From positions 1 to 64,000 of the forward strand of contig JARGFK010000011.1 in the NCBI GenBank assembly GCA_029211065.1: a stretch of DNA of 64,000 nt, read 5' to 3'. Below, piece after piece: positions 21,158 through 32,978 of this stretch. Both the position numbers and the translations under genes were made by a program. Source of the stretch: Desulfobacterales bacterium (lineage in GTDB: Bacteria; Desulfobacterota; Desulfobacteria; Desulfobacterales; JARGFK01). How positions within the stretch are numbered: position 1 is the stretch's first letter; the number at the start of each line of letters is the position of its first letter. Under the pieces are notes generated by a model that ran no database searches, was not told the origin of the DNA, and saw nothing but the letters and a program-made list of their open reading frames with translations.

Positions 21158-23149
21158 ATGAAATCAGTTGAACCCAGAAAACGCGTCGTTATTTCGGGGG
21201 TTTCCCCGGAAGTCGCCTCCGGTCGGTTTGCTGTGAAGCGGGTTGTGGGAGAAACGGTTCAGGTTCAGGCCGATATCTTCATCGACAGCCATGACGAAAT
21301 TTCGGCGTTTCTTTTTTACCGGAGCCAAAAAGAAAGCCGGTGGTCATCGGTCCCCATGCGATTGATTTCCAACGACCGCTGGGCCGGCGCTTTTACCGTG
21401 GAAGAACTCGGGATCTACCATTATATTATCCAGGCTTGGGCGGATCGGTTCAAAACCTGGCAAAGGGACATTGGGAAAAAATTGGCCGCCGGCCAGGATG
21501 TTTCCATCGATTTTCTGATCGGAGCCGAGTTGCTCGAATCGGCGGGTTCGCGGGCTGTCGGCCCGGATGCCGAGCAGCTTTATCAATGGGCGGAAATGCT
21601 CAAATCAGACGCCGATTCCGATGAAAAGACACTTCTTATTAAAAGCCGAAAAATGACCCACTTGATGGCGAAATATCCGGACCGCCGGTTTGCAGAGATT
21701 AACGGGAAAAAGCTGGAAGTGATCGTCGAGCGGAAGCGTGCGCGTTTTAGCACCTGGTACGAGATGTTTCCCCGATCGTGCGGACCGCTTCAAGGGAACC
21801 ACGGCACCTTCGATGATTGTATCGACCGGCTGCCTTATATCGCTGAAATGGGATTCGATGTTCTTTATTTCCCCCCGATTCACCCCATCGGCCGCACCAA
21901 ACGCAAGGGTAAAAACAATGCGCCCGTAGCGGGACCGGATGATCTTGGAAGCCCCTGGGCCATCGGCGCCGAAGAAGGGGGCCATAAGACCATTCATCCG
22001 CAATTGGGAACACTGGATGACTTTCGGCGCCTGATCGCCAGGGCACTTGAATTGCGTATCGAAATTGCAATAGACATTGCATTTCAGTGTTCGCCGGACC
22101 ATCCCTATGTCAGCGAACATCCTGAGTGGTTTCGGCTGAGACCCGACGGAGCAATCCAATATGCCGAAAATCCTCCGAAAAAATATGAAGACATCTATCC
22201 GTTTGATTTTGAGACCGAAAAATGGCAGGACCTTTTCCAGGAGCTGATCGGCGTGGTCCGATTCTGGGCCGATCAGGGAATTCGAATTTTTCGGGTGGAC
22301 AACCCGCATACCAAACCTTTTTCGCTCTGGGAAGCGCTTATCCATGAGATCAAGCGCGATTATCCGGAGGTTGTTTTTCTGGCCGAAGCCTTTACCCGCC
22401 CCAAAATCATGTACCGGCTTGCCAGCGTGGGATTTACGCAATCTTATACATACTTTGCCTGGCGAAACACGAAAACCGAAATTACGCAGTACTTCACGGA
22501 ATTGACCCAGACCGATATCAGGGAGATCTTTTGGCCGAACCTGTGGCCGAACACACCCGATATCCTTACGGAATACTTACAGACCGGGGGAAAGCCCGCT
22601 TTCGTGATCCGACTGATCCTGGCTGCCACTCTGGGCGCCAGTTACGGCATTTACGGACCGGCCTTCGAACGTTGCGAAAACAGACCGAAGGAGCCGGGAA
22701 GTGAAGAATACCTGGATTCCGAGAAATACCAGCTTCGACACTGGGATATCGATTCCCCCGATAGCCTCCGGGACGTCATCGCCCGGGTGAACCGAATCCG
22801 GCGCGATAATCCGGCGCTTCAGCACGATTGGCGCCTCCATTTTCATCCCATAAACAATGAACAGCTCATCTGCTACAGCAAACATACACAGGACGGTTCC
22901 AATATTGTTTTAACCGTCGTCAATCTCGACCCGCACCACACCCATTCCGGCTGGATCGAACTGTCACTTGAAAAATTGGGTCTGGACCCCGGCCTGCCAT
23001 TTCAGGTCCATGACCTTTTGAGCGACGCGCGCTATCTGTGGCAGGGATCGCGAAATTTTGTCGAACTCAATCCGCAGGCAGCCCCGGCGCATATATTCCG
23101 CATTCGAAGGCGCATCCGCACGGAAAGGGATTTCGATTATTTTCTCTAA
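21158..23149 (+). CDS. glgE: Alpha-1,4-glucan:maltose-1-phosphate maltosyltransferase GlgE (GH13_3)
   Basis: The signature '[12 protein letters not shown]' and GH13 catalytic regions ('[10 protein letters not shown]', '[11 protein letters not shown]') are present. Length is 663 aa. Confidence 0.85.
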   Translation: MKSVEPRKRVVISGVSPEVASGRFAVKRVVGETVQVQADIFIDSHDEISAFLFYRSQKESRWSSVPMRLISNDRWAGAFTVEELGIYHYIIQAWADRFKTWQRDIGKKLAAGQDVSIDFLIGAELLESAGSRAVGPDAEQLYQWAEMLKSDADSDEKTLLIKSRKMTHLMAKYPDRRFAEINGKKLEVIVERKRARFSTWYEMFPRSCGPLQGNHGTFDDCIDRLPYIAEMGFDVLYFPPIHPIGRTKRKGKNNAPVAGPDDLGSPWAIGAEEGGHKTIHPQLGTLDDFRRLIARALELRIEIAIDIAFQCSPDHPYVSEHPEWFRLRPDGAIQYAENPPKKYEDIYPFDFETEKWQDLFQELIGVVRFWADQGIRIFRVDNPHTKPFSLWEALIHEIKRDYPEVVFLAEAFTRPKIMYRLASVGFTQSYTYFAWRNTKTEITQYFTELTQTDIREIFWPNLWPNTPDILTEYLQTGGKPAFVIRLILAATLGASYGIYGPAFERCENRPKEPGSEEYLDSEKYQLRHWDIDSPDSLRDVIARVNRIRRDNPALQHDWRLHFHPINNEQLICYSKHTQDGSNIVLTVVNLDPHHTHSGWIELSLEKLGLDPGLPFQVHDLLSDARYLWQGSRNFVELNPQAAPAHIFRIRRRIRTERDFDYFL

Positions 23150-23159
23150 AAGAGACCCG

Positions 23160-26100
23160 ATGGCGATTACAAGGAAAGACGATGCGATCCTGGAGGAAAA
23201 CCCGCTCTGGTATAAGGACGCGATCATTTATCAGCTTCACGTAAAAACCTTTTGCGACAGCAATGGCGACGGCATCGGCGATTTTCAGGGGCTGACCCAA
23301 AAACTCGATTACCTTCAACGTCTGGGAATTACGGCCATCTGGCTCCTGCCGTTTTACCCTTCACCGCTCAAAGACGACGGCTACGACATTGCCCATTACA
23401 CGGACATCCATCCATCATACGGCACACTTCGTGATTTTAAGGCTTTTTTGCGCCAAGCGCATCGCCGGGGCCTGCGGGTGATTACCGAACTGCCCGTCAA
23501 CCACACATCGGATCAGCATCCCTGGTTTCAGCGCGCCAGAAAAGCCAAACCCGGAAGCCGCTGGCGTGATTTTTACGTATGGAGCGATACGCCGGATAAA
23601 TACAGCCAAGCGCGCATCATCTTCCAGGATTTCGAATCTTCCAACTGGAACTGGGACTCTGTGGCAGGCGCCTATTTCTGGCATCGATTCTATTCCCACC
23701 AGCCCGATCTTAATTTTGACAATTCGAACGTTCGGAAGGCTGTTTTTCGCGCACTCGATTTCTGGCTGGAGATGGGGGTCGACGGCATGCGTTTGGATGC
23801 AGTGCCTTATCTGCATGAACGAGAGGGAACAAATTGCGAAAACCTTCCGGAGACTCACGGTTTTCTAAAGAAACTCAGGGCGCACATCGATGCCCGCCAC
23901 CGAGACCGAATGCTGCTGGCGGAGGCCAATCAGTGGCCCGAAGATGCAGCGGCGTATTTTGGAAACGGTGATGAATGCCATATGAATTTCCATTTTCCCC
24001 TTATGCCGCGCCTGTTCATGGCGCTGAGAATGGAAGACCGGTTTCCCATAATCGACATTCTGGATCAGACCCCGGAGATCCCCGAATCTTGCCAGTGGGC
24101 GGTATTTTTACGAAATCACGATGAATTGACCCTCGAGATGGTGACCGATGAAGAACGGGACTATATGTATCGGATGTATGCCCGGGACCCCCAGATGCGG
24201 CTTAATCTCGGAATACGGCGCCGGCTCTCGCCGCTGTTGGGAAATCACCGGCGGCGGATCGAACTGATGAACGCGCTGCTGCTTTCCATGCCCGGATCAC
24301 CCATCCTTTATTATGGGGATGAGATCGGGATGGGGGATAATGTTTTTCTGGGAGATCGCGACGGCGTTCGCACCCCCATGCAGTGGAGCCCGGATCGCAA
24401 TGCCGGTTTTTCCCGGGCCAACCCCCAGCGGTTATACCTGCCGGTAATTATCGACCCGGAATACCATTATGAAGTTATCAACGTTGAGTCCCTGGAAGGC
24501 AATCAGCATTCGCTGCTGTGGTGGATGCGGCGCATGATTGGTTTGCGAAAACGCTACAAGGCCTTTAGCCGCGGAACACTTGAATTCCTTCAGCCGGATA
24601 ACCCAAGTATTCTAGCCTTTGTCCGCCGCTACGAAGACGAACATCTCCTGGTGGTGGTCAATCTTTCCCGCTATGTTCAGTTTGTCAAGCTCGACCTTTC
24701 CGGGTATGCGGGAGCAGCCCTTATCGAACTGTTCGGACGAATGGCCTTTCCCGGGGTGGAAAAGACGCCTTACTTTCTCACCCTCGGCCCTCATTCTTTC
24801 TACTGGTTTCAATTGCAGCCGGCTGAAACGTTTCAGCCTGCCGAGTTGCACGCGACGGAACAAAAGACCCTGCCGCTTTTCAAACTATCCCGATCCATCG
24901 AGGAAGTCTTTACGGAAAAATACGCTTCCCGGCTCGAAGCGCTGCTGACGCAGTATCTGGGCAGCCAGAGGTGGTTCGGGGGCAAGGCCCGGCAGATCAA
25001 GACCGGCCGGCTGCGGGAGATCCTACCGCTAGAGGGAGACGGTTACAAGGCGTTTTTGATGTTTCTGGAAACAGCTTATATGGATGGCGGCACAGAAACC
25101 TACCAGCTTTCGATGTCGTATGCCGCCGGAAAGCGCGCACAAGAAATCCGAAGCCATAGCGCCTCTAGGGTTTTGGCCCGACTGCAGTTCAAGAACACCA
25201 CCGAAGAGGGGATCCTCTATGACCCGCTGGCCGACAAATCCTTTGATAACCTGCTGCTGCAAATACTGGCCCGTGGCTACCGGAAAAAAGGGATTGCGGG
25301 AGAGCTCAAAGCCGCCATGGGCCCGACGTTCCGGAAGATCCTACAAACCGATTCGACCCCGCCCGAGCCTTCGATCATCGCCGCCGATCAGAGCAATTCT
25401 TCTATTGTCTATGGCAATCGTTTCATCTTAAAGTTGTTCCGGCAGGTTCAGGACGGTCTCAACCCGGATCTTGAGATTGGCCGGATGCTCACAAAAAACC
25501 GATTTCAACATGTCCCCCCGGTGGCGGGCGCCATCGAATATGCCAGCGGCAAAGACGAGCCCAAAACCCTGGCCATCCTTCAGGGGTACATTGGCAACCA
25601 AGGTGATGCGTGGCAGTACACCATCAATCTGCTCAATTCCTACTTCAAGCAGTTGATAGAAGAATCGCTCGCCAAAAAGCAAGCCTCCAATCCGAACGCA
25701 TCGATAATCGATCTGTCTCAAGAATCCCCTCCCCGGGAGGCCGTCGACCGGATCGGGCTCTATTTGGAATCGGTGCGTCTGCTTGCCCGGCGAACCGCCG
25801 AATTACACCTCATCCTGACGTCTGACACATCGGACCCGGCCTTTGCACCGGAACCCTTTTCCAAGCTTTACCAGCGAAGCATTTATCAGTCCATGCGCGC
25901 AACGACCAAACGCAACCTGACGCTGCTTCGCAGGCGCCTTCCGGATCTGCCCGAAGAGATCAAGCCCTTGGCCATCCGCGTCTTGGAAGCGGAAAAGGCT
26001 ATCATTGAACGTTTCCGGCGCTTGCTGGACCGGCAGATCGACGCCCGGCGGTCCCGCTGTCATGGCGACTACCATCTGGGTCAAGTGCTTTACACGGGCA

Positions 26101-26522
26101 AAGATTTTGTCATCATCGATTTTGAAGGCGAACCGGCCCGTCCCATATCCGAACGTCGCATTAAGCGCTCCCCCCTTCGGGATGTGGCCGGCATGCTCAG
26201 GTCATTTCACTACGCCGCCCATTTTGCGTTGATGGAGGTGGAAGAGCGCGGGCAGTCTCGACCGGGGGAGCGTCCATTTTTGGGCTCGTGGGCAAACTAC
26301 TGGCATATGTGGGTAGGCGCCATGTTTCTTAAGGACTATCTGAACGTTTCTGCTCAAGGAAAGTTTCTGCCCAGCAACCATGAGGACCTTTGCGTCCTTC
26401 TGGATATTTACCTGCTGGAAAAAAGCATCTACGAACTGGGCTACGAACTCAACAATCGGCCCGACTGGGCGCAGATTCCCCTTCATGGCATCTGCCAACT
26501 GACGGGGGCGTTGCAAGCGTAG
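23160..26522 (+). CDS. treS: Trehalose synthase TreS fused to maltokinase (Mak/Pep2)
   Basis: The N-terminal GH13 TreS domain ('[19 protein letters not shown]', 'MRLDAVPYL') is followed by a C-terminal about 450-aa maltokinase-like domain. The ATG at 23160 follows the glgE stop. Confidence 0.85.
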   Translation: MAITRKDDAILEENPLWYKDAIIYQLHVKTFCDSNGDGIGDFQGLTQKLDYLQRLGITAIWLLPFYPSPLKDDGYDIAHYTDIHPSYGTLRDFKAFLRQAHRRGLRVITELPVNHTSDQHPWFQRARKAKPGSRWRDFYVWSDTPDKYSQARIIFQDFESSNWNWDSVAGAYFWHRFYSHQPDLNFDNSNVRKAVFRALDFWLEMGVDGMRLDAVPYLHEREGTNCENLPETHGFLKKLRAHIDARHRDRMLLAEANQWPEDAAAYFGNGDECHMNFHFPLMPRLFMALRMEDRFPIIDILDQTPEIPESCQWAVFLRNHDELTLEMVTDEERDYMYRMYARDPQMRLNLGIRRRLSPLLGNHRRRIELMNALLLSMPGSPILYYGDEIGMGDNVFLGDRDGVRTPMQWSPDRNAGFSRANPQRLYLPVIIDPEYHYEVINVESLEGNQHSLLWWMRRMIGLRKRYKAFSRGTLEFLQPDNPSILAFVRRYEDEHLLVVVNLSRYVQFVKLDLSGYAGAALIELFGRMAFPGVEKTPYFLTLGPHSFYWFQLQPAETFQPAELHATEQKTLPLFKLSRSIEEVFTEKYASRLEALLTQYLGSQRWFGGKARQIKTGRLREILPLEGDGYKAFLMFLETAYMDGGTETYQLSMSYAAGKRAQEIRSHSASRVLARLQFKNTTEEGILYDPLADKSFDNLLLQILARGYRKKGIAGELKAAMGPTFRKILQTDSTPPEPSIIAADQSNSSIVYGNRFILKLFRQVQDGLNPDLEIGRMLTKNRFQHVPPVAGAIEYASGKDEPKTLAILQGYIGNQGDAWQYTINLLNSYFKQLIEESLAKKQASNPNASIIDLSQESPPREAVDRIGLYLESVRLLARRTAELHLILTSDTSDPAFAPEPFSKLYQRSIYQSMRATTKRNLTLLRRRLPDLPEEIKPLAIRVLEAEKAIIERFRRLLDRQIDARRSRCHGDYHLGQVLYTGKDFVIIDFEGEPARPISERRIKRSPLRDVAGMLRSFHYAAHFALMEVEERGQSRPGERPFLGSWANYWHMWVGAMFLKDYLNVSAQGKFLPSNHEDLCVLLDIYLLEKSIYELGYELNNRPDWAQIPLHGICQLTGALQA

Positions 26523-26558
26523 CCTTTCTGTAAAAAAAAGCGCGCCGGAGGAGGCGTT

Positions 26559-28466
26559 ATGGATTTGAGTTTACTGACCGACGACGACATCTATCTGTTT
26601 AATGAAGGCCGGCACTTTCAGCTGTATAATAAAATGGGCGCCCATCTGATAAAAAGGGACGGAACACCTGGCGCCTATTTCGCGGTGTGGGCTCCCAATG
26701 CGAGGCAGGTCAGCGTGACCGGAGATTTCAACAACTGGGAAAACGACCGGCACTTGCTCCAACCCCGGGGGTCGTCCGGGATCTGGGAAGGGTTTATTGA
26801 CGGGGTTTCTGACGGCGCATCCTACAAATTTCATATTCTCTCCAAATTAAATGATTATCGGGTGGACAAAGCCGATCCCTTTGCTTTTTACAGTGAAATT
26901 TCGCCTAAAACGGCATCCAGGGTCTGCAATCTCGAGTATGAATGGGGAGACGAAGATTGGATGGCCCGGCGTAAGCTGACAGATGCCGCTGCCTCGCCGA
27001 TGGCCGTTTATGAGCTTCATCCGGGCTCGTGGATGCGGGTTCCGGAGGATCACAACCGATCGCTGACCTATCGCGAACTTGCCGACAAGTTGACCGAATA
27101 CCTTCTTCAAACGGGATTTACCCATGTGGAGTTTCTGCCGGTGATGGAGCATCCCTTTTTCGGTTCGTGGGGATACCAGTGCCTCGGGTATTTCGCCCCC
27201 ACCAGTCGCTACGGCCATCCACGGGACTTGATGTTCCTGATCGATCATCTGCACCAGCACGGCTTCGGGGTGATCCTAGACTGGGTTCCTTCGCATTTCC
27301 CTACGGACGAGCACGGGCTCGACTTTTTCGACGGCACCCACCTTTTCGAGCACGCCGATCCCCGAAAAGGGATCCATCCGGACTGGAATAGCTGCATCTT
27401 TAATTACGGCCGCAGCGAAATCCAGAGTTTTTTGATCAGCAGCGCCCTGTTCTGGCTGGATAAATACCACATCGACGGATTCCGAGTGGATGCCGTCGCC
27501 TCGATGCTCTACCTGGATTATTCCCGAAACCCGGGAGAGTGGATTCCCAACGAATACGGCGGCAAGGAGAACCTGGAGGCCATCTCTTTGTTGAAACGCT
27601 TCAACGACGAGGTGCATCGCAATTATCCCCAGACGCTAACCATTGCGGAAGAATCCACCGCCTGGCCCATGGTGTCGCGACCGACCTACCTGGGAGGCCT
27701 TGGCTTCGACATGAAGTGGGATATGGGGTGGATGCACGACACCCTGGCTTATTTATCCAAAGACCCGATCCATCGGACCTATCACCACGACCGGCTGACC
27801 TTCCGGATGCTTTATGCCTTCAAGGAAAACTATATCCTGCCGCTTTCCCATGACGAGGTCGTTCACGGCAAAGGATCGCTGCTGGGCAAGATGCCCGGGG
27901 ATGAATGGCAAAAGTTTGCCAACCTGAGGCTCCTGTTCGGCTATATGTACGCCCAGCCCGGCAAAAAATTGCTCTTCATGGGGGGCGAATTCGGCCAGTT
28001 GAGCGAATGGGCGCATGACAAGAGCCTGGACTGGCATTTGCTCGATCTCCCCCTTCATAAGGGGCTCCGCAATTGGGTGAAGGACCTCAACAGTCTCTAT
28101 CGGGATCAGCCTGCCCTTCATGCGCAGGATTTTACCCCCGAAGGGTTTCGCTGGATCGACTGCAACGATTCTCTGCAGAGCACCCTCAGCCTGATACGAA
28201 AAGGGGACAAGGATTCAGATGTCCTCATTATCGCCTGCAATTTCACCCCGATCCCGAGGCATAACTTCCGGGTGGGAGCGCCGCACGGCGGGACCTGGAT
28301 CGAACTGCTAAACAGTGATAGCCGGCATTATGGCGGCAGCGGTCAGGGAAGCCTCGGGGCGGTTGAAGCCGCACCCGTTCGGCATCACGACCTGCCATAT
28401 TCTTTGAATCTCACCTTGCCTCCCCTATCGGTTGTATTTTTCAAAAGATCGGAGCCGGCCAAATGA
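26559..28466 (+). CDS. glgB: 1,4-alpha-glucan branching enzyme GlgB (GH13_9)
   Basis: The CBM48 N-terminus ('FAVWAPNARQVSVTGDFNNW') and GH13 core ('GFRVDAVASMLY', 'IAEEST') are present. An RBS 'ggagg' lies upstream. Confidence 0.9.
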   Translation: MDLSLLTDDDIYLFNEGRHFQLYNKMGAHLIKRDGTPGAYFAVWAPNARQVSVTGDFNNWENDRHLLQPRGSSGIWEGFIDGVSDGASYKFHILSKLNDYRVDKADPFAFYSEISPKTASRVCNLEYEWGDEDWMARRKLTDAAASPMAVYELHPGSWMRVPEDHNRSLTYRELADKLTEYLLQTGFTHVEFLPVMEHPFFGSWGYQCLGYFAPTSRYGHPRDLMFLIDHLHQHGFGVILDWVPSHFPTDEHGLDFFDGTHLFEHADPRKGIHPDWNSCIFNYGRSEIQSFLISSALFWLDKYHIDGFRVDAVASMLYLDYSRNPGEWIPNEYGGKENLEAISLLKRFNDEVHRNYPQTLTIAEESTAWPMVSRPTYLGGLGFDMKWDMGWMHDTLAYLSKDPIHRTYHHDRLTFRMLYAFKENYILPLSHDEVVHGKGSLLGKMPGDEWQKFANLRLLFGYMYAQPGKKLLFMGGEFGQLSEWAHDKSLDWHLLDLPLHKGLRNWVKDLNSLYRDQPALHAQDFTPEGFRWIDCNDSLQSTLSLIRKGDKDSDVLIIACNFTPIPRHNFRVGAPHGGTWIELLNSDSRHYGGSGQGSLGAVEAAPVRHHDLPYSLNLTLPPLSVVFFKRSEPAK

Positions 28467-28941
28467 CGCGGCCGCCTCTGGGAGCAATCTGTCTGGGTGA
28501 AGGGCGCACCAGCTTCCTGGTGTGGGCCCCGAAAGCCAAACGCGTTTCACTTCACAGCCTGTCCCCAAATGAGTGGATGGTGCGGTTTGAAAAATTTCCT
28601 CGCGGCTATCACGGCGTAATCGTTGAAAACCTTCACCCCGGAACGCGCTACCTGTTTCGCCTCGACGACCGCCTGGAACGGCCGGATCCCGCGTCCCGAT
28701 TTCAACCAAAAGGCATTCACGGCCCCTCCGAAGTCCTTGATCCGCATTTTCCATGGAAGGACCACTGCTGGACCGGTATCTGTTTTACGAAATTCACGTT
28801 GGCGCTTACACCTCCGAAGGCACCTTTGACGCGATCATGCCGCATCTTGCGGATTTAAAAGAATTGGGGATAACCGCCGTCGAACTGGCATTGTCTCCTT
28901 ATGCTTTGATTGTACTTACACGAAGAAAGAACAGCGACTGA
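28463..28941 (+). pseudogene. treZ: Remnant of malto-oligosyltrehalose trehalohydrolase TreZ: only the N-terminal about 160 aa remain, with an internal frameshift near 28761-28787, truncated after the start of the catalytic domain
   Basis: ORF 28463..28858 ('FLVWAPKAKRVSL…DPHFPWKD') and ORF 28753..28941 ('YEIHVGAYTSEGTF…LGITAVEL') together match the TreZ N-terminus (CBM48 plus the beginning of GH13). The reading frame ends about 400 aa early, where the GH57 gene starts with an overlapping TGATG. Confidence 0.6.
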
Positions 28942-31367
28942 TGGAACGTTTTGTCTGCATTCATGCTCATTTTTACCAGCCCCCCCGGGAAAACGCATGG
29001 CTTGAGGCGGTTGAACTCCAGGACTCGGCCTACCCCTACCACGACTGGAATGAACGCATCACCGCAGAGTGCTATGGGCCCAATGCGACTTCGCGGATAC
29101 TGGATGAACAGGGCCGGATTATCGATATCGTAAACAATTATTCCGCTATCAGCTTCAACTTCGGCCCAACGCTGCTCTGTTGGCTGGAACGGCACGCCCC
29201 GGAAGTTTACAGCGCGATCCTGGAAGCCGATCGGGAAAGCGGCCGGCGGTTTTCCGGGCACGGTTCCGCATTGGCACAGGCTTACAATCACATGATCCTT
29301 CCACTGGCAAACCCTCGCGACAAGATAACCCAGGTCTTGTGGGGGATCAAAGATTTCGAATACCGGTTCCGGCGAAAACCGGAAGGGATGTGGCTTCCGG
29401 AAACAGCAGTCGACCTGGCCACCCTGGAAGTCCTGGCCGACTGCGGCATCCTTTTTACCATCCTGGCTCCCAGACAAGCCAAACGGGTTAAAGCGATGGA
29501 TAAAAACCGATGGCGAGATATCAGCGGCGCTCGGATCGACCCCACCCGGGCGTATCTGATCCGGCTTCCTTCCGGAAAGACGATCAACCTCTTCTTCTAT
29601 GACGGTCCGGTATCACGCGCAGTCGCTTTTGAAGGTCTTTTATACAAAGGGGAGACCTTTGCCAACCGACTGCTGGATGCCTTCCCCAACGATCGCAGCG
29701 ATCCCGCCCTGCTGCATATTGCCACCGATGGGGAAAGCTACGGGCATCATCACCCGAACGGCGACATGGCGCTGGCCTATGCGCTGCATTATATCGAAAG
29801 CCAGGGGTTGGCCCGGATCACCAACTACGTCGAGTTTCTTGAAAAACACCCCCCAACCCACGAAGTTGAAATTTTTGAAAACAGCTCCTGGAGCTGCATC
29901 CACGGCATCGAACGCTGGCGCTCCGATTGCGGATGCAATTCCGGCCGGCACCCCAAAGGGCGACAGGCTTGGCGCACCCCTTTGCGTGAGGCCCTTGACT
30001 GGCTCCGGGACGCGCTGGCGCCGGCGTATGAAAAGGAGACCCAAGGATTGGTAAAGGATCCCTGGGCCGCCCGCAATAACTACATTCGGGTCATTCTGGC
30101 TCGATCCCAGGACGCCGTTGGGGCCTTTTTTGAAAAAAATCAATCCAAACCCCTTTCCGATTCAGACCGAACCCGGGTGATCGAACTGATGGAGCTCCAG
30201 CGCAATGCCATGCTCATGTATACCAGTTGCGGGTGGTTCTTCGATGATATTTCGGGAATCGAAACGGTCCAGATTATCCAGTATGCCGGCCGGGTGCTCC
30301 AGATTGCCAAACAAATCTTTGGTGAATCCATGGAGCCTCATTTTCTGGAACTTTTAAATATGGCCGAAAGCAATCTCGCCGCTTATGGAAATGGAAGGCA
30401 GTTATACGAAAAATTCGTTGTTCCCGCGATAGTGGATTTGAAAACCGTTGCCGCCCATTATGCGCTGAGCTCCCTTTTTGAAGAGTATCCGGGGGAGACA
30501 TCGATCTATTGTTATACCGTCAAGCAGGAAGCGCATCGAGCCAGCCGGGTGGGTAAGGCCAAGCTCGCCGTCGGTCAGGTAGCGGTCATCTCGCAAATCA
30601 CACTGCAATCATCCCGCTTCGGTTACGGGGTCATGCACTGGAGAGACCATAACCTGAGCGGTTGCTTGATGGAAGACCTCCCAAGTGAACACGATGACCG
30701 GTTTGCCGATGAAATATTTGACGCCTTCGACAAAGCCTCTTTCCCGGAGACGCTTTCGCTGCTCGAAAAGTCGCTGGGCACCTCCCTTTACTCGATTCGG
30801 AGTCTGTTTTGTGACGAACAGCGCCGAATTATGCACTTGATACTTAAATCCACCCTGATGGATGTCGAACAAAATTATCGTCAGATTAATGAAGCCAACG
30901 CTCCGCTGCTAAGGTTTTTGACGGATAATAATATCCCGCCGCCGCAAGCCCTGCTGGCCGCCGCCCGGTATGTGATGAACATGGATTTGATCCGCGCCTT
31001 TAAACAGGAAGATCCCGATGGGTCCGCCATCCAGAATCTTCTTGAAAGCGCCCGGCGTCAGGGGATCTCCCTGGATTCCGCCACCCTGGAAATAACGATC
31101 CGAAGGCGGCTGGAGTCCTTGATGGACCGGCTTCTGGCTGCCCCTGCGGACATTCGCCTGCTGGGGGAAATCGAAGCTTTATTTCGCCTTTTGGAGGCAT
31201 TGCCGTTTGAAATAAATTTAAGAAAAATTCAAAATATCTATTACGCCATTATGAAATCGTACTATCCCGACTGCCTGGAAAAAGCATCGCAAGAAAATAA
31301 GGAGATCCAGCAGTGGATTGGTATCTTCAAATCCCTTGGAGATATTTTAAAGGTTTCAGTTTCATAG
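28941..31367 (+). CDS. Glycoside hydrolase family 57 protein with C-terminal DUF3536-like extension
   Basis: The N-terminus 'CIHAHFYQPPREN' and 'HIATDGESYGHH' match GH57. Length is 808 aa. Confidence 0.8.
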   Translation: MERFVCIHAHFYQPPRENAWLEAVELQDSAYPYHDWNERITAECYGPNATSRILDEQGRIIDIVNNYSAISFNFGPTLLCWLERHAPEVYSAILEADRESGRRFSGHGSALAQAYNHMILPLANPRDKITQVLWGIKDFEYRFRRKPEGMWLPETAVDLATLEVLADCGILFTILAPRQAKRVKAMDKNRWRDISGARIDPTRAYLIRLPSGKTINLFFYDGPVSRAVAFEGLLYKGETFANRLLDAFPNDRSDPALLHIATDGESYGHHHPNGDMALAYALHYIESQGLARITNYVEFLEKHPPTHEVEIFENSSWSCIHGIERWRSDCGCNSGRHPKGRQAWRTPLREALDWLRDALAPAYEKETQGLVKDPWAARNNYIRVILARSQDAVGAFFEKNQSKPLSDSDRTRVIELMELQRNAMLMYTSCGWFFDDISGIETVQIIQYAGRVLQIAKQIFGESMEPHFLELLNMAESNLAAYGNGRQLYEKFVVPAIVDLKTVAAHYALSSLFEEYPGETSIYCYTVKQEAHRASRVGKAKLAVGQVAVISQITLQSSRFGYGVMHWRDHNLSGCLMEDLPSEHDDRFADEIFDAFDKASFPETLSLLEKSLGTSLYSIRSLFCDEQRRIMHLILKSTLMDVEQNYRQINEANAPLLRFLTDNNIPPPQALLAAARYVMNMDLIRAFKQEDPDGSAIQNLLESARRQGISLDSATLEITIRRRLESLMDRLLAAPADIRLLGEIEALFRLLEALPFEINLRKIQNIYYAIMKSYYPDCLEKASQENKEIQQWIGIFKSLGDILKVSVS

Positions 31368-31386
31368 AAAAGCAAAGGAGCCATGC

Positions 31387-32883
31387 GTGAACATCCGCTC
31401 AAGCGGCGTCCTGCTGCCGGTCTTTTCCTTGCCGTCGCGATTTGGTATCGGTGATCTCGGCCCCGGTTCCCACAAGATGGTCGATTTGTTGCACGACGCC
31501 GGCCAGCGTTACTGGCAGGTGCTTCCCATCAACCCTACCGTTTCGGCCGGTTTTCATTCGCCTTACCAAAGCCCGTCGGCATTTGCTTTCAATCCGCTGC
31601 TGATCAGCCCGGAGGGTCTCTACGAAGACGGGCATCTATCCCGCCAAGACCTGCAAACGGCGCCCGTTTTTTCTGAAAAACAGATTGACTACGAAGCGGT
31701 CTCCCGGTTTAAGAAGCAGCTTTTTTTAAAAGCTTTTGAGCGGTTCGGGAAAAGAGGCGGCGATCCGGGATTTATTGAATTCTGTGAAAAAAACGATCCA
31801 TGGCTGCAAGATTTTTCCTGCTACATGGCATTTAAGACCCATTTTAAGGAAAAGACGTGGCGTGATTGGCCGGCTCCGATTCGAATGCGCCAAAAAGGTG
31901 CAACCCGGTCGCTCGCTAACCACTTGTTGGAAGAAATAGACTTCATTAAATTTTTGCAGTATATTTTTTGGGTGCAATGGCAGCGGCTAAAGGCCTATTG
32001 CAAAGGAACAGGGGTTCATATCCTGGGGGACATCCCCATCTATGTCCCTTATGACAGCGCCGATGTCTGGGCGAACCCGAAATTGTTCAAACTTGATCGA
32101 CAGCTGCGCCCCGAGGCTGTCTCAGGTGTACCCCCCGACTATTTCAGCAAGACCGGGCAGCTCTGGGGACACCCGGTCTACAGATGGACAGTTCATCAAA
32201 AAACCCGGTACGCGTGGTGGGGTTTTCGAATTTCCCATAATTTGGGTTTATTTGACGCGATTCGGATCGATCATTTCAGGGGGCTGGTAGCCTGCTGGGA
32301 AGTTCCTTCCGGAAAACGCACCGCCAAAAACGGAAAATGGGTCAACGTGCCTGCGGTCGATTTTTTTAACGAGATGATGCGGCGTTTTACGGCTTTTCCG
32401 GTCATTGCGGAAGACCTCGGCTACATCACGGCCGATGTGCGGGAAATCATGCGCCGCTATGATTTCCCGGGAATGAGGCTGCTCGTTTTCGGATTCGGCG
32501 GCGACTTGTCAATCAACCCCAATGCACCGCACAATATTGGTAGGGACTGTGTGATCTACACCGGAACCCATGACACCAATACCATCAGGGGATGGTATGA
32601 AGGGGACGCCGTCCAAAGTGAAAAAGAGCAGTTGCATGCCTACCTGGGCCGGAGGCTTTCCGCCGACGATCTGCCGCAGGAAATGATCCGGCTTGCCATG
32701 ATTTCGCCGGCGTTCCTGTGCATTATTCCCATGCAGGACCTTCTCTCCCTGGGAAAGGATGCCCGCATCAACATTCCTGGCCGGTCAGAAGGCAACTGGC
32801 TGTGGCGAATGACGCCGGCACAATTTTCAGCGGTCCCGCGCAAACAGCTCCGGCAAATGACCAGGCTGTATGCCAGGGCCTGA
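31387..32883 (+). CDS. malQ: 4-alpha-glucanotransferase (amylomaltase, GH77)
   Basis: Motifs 'SSGVLLPVFSLPS…GIGDLG', 'IRIDHFRG' and 'VIAEDLG' match GH77. Confidence 0.85.
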   Translation: MNIRSSGVLLPVFSLPSRFGIGDLGPGSHKMVDLLHDAGQRYWQVLPINPTVSAGFHSPYQSPSAFAFNPLLISPEGLYEDGHLSRQDLQTAPVFSEKQIDYEAVSRFKKQLFLKAFERFGKRGGDPGFIEFCEKNDPWLQDFSCYMAFKTHFKEKTWRDWPAPIRMRQKGATRSLANHLLEEIDFIKFLQYIFWVQWQRLKAYCKGTGVHILGDIPIYVPYDSADVWANPKLFKLDRQLRPEAVSGVPPDYFSKTGQLWGHPVYRWTVHQKTRYAWWGFRISHNLGLFDAIRIDHFRGLVACWEVPSGKRTAKNGKWVNVPAVDFFNEMMRRFTAFPVIAEDLGYITADVREIMRRYDFPGMRLLVFGFGGDLSINPNAPHNIGRDCVIYTGTHDTNTIRGWYEGDAVQSEKEQLHAYLGRRLSADDLPQEMIRLAMISPAFLCIIPMQDLLSLGKDARINIPGRSEGNWLWRMTPAQFSAVPRKQLRQMTRLYARA

Positions 32884-32978
32884 TACAGGGACCTCTTTAT
32901 CTCCACAGGCAGGCCAGGGCGGGCTGGAAAAGATGTTAAAAAGCATCCGGAAGAAAATCTTTGCGGCAAGAAGACCCG

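Noticed and set aside
21605-22441. 278-aa ORF antisense to glgE; similar cases at 19340..20122 (antisense to otsA), 39162..39824 (antisense to HdrD-like), 6143..6667 (antisense to YhcG) and 29640..30143
   Set aside because: All are embedded in strongly supported genes on the other strand and have no recognisable motifs.
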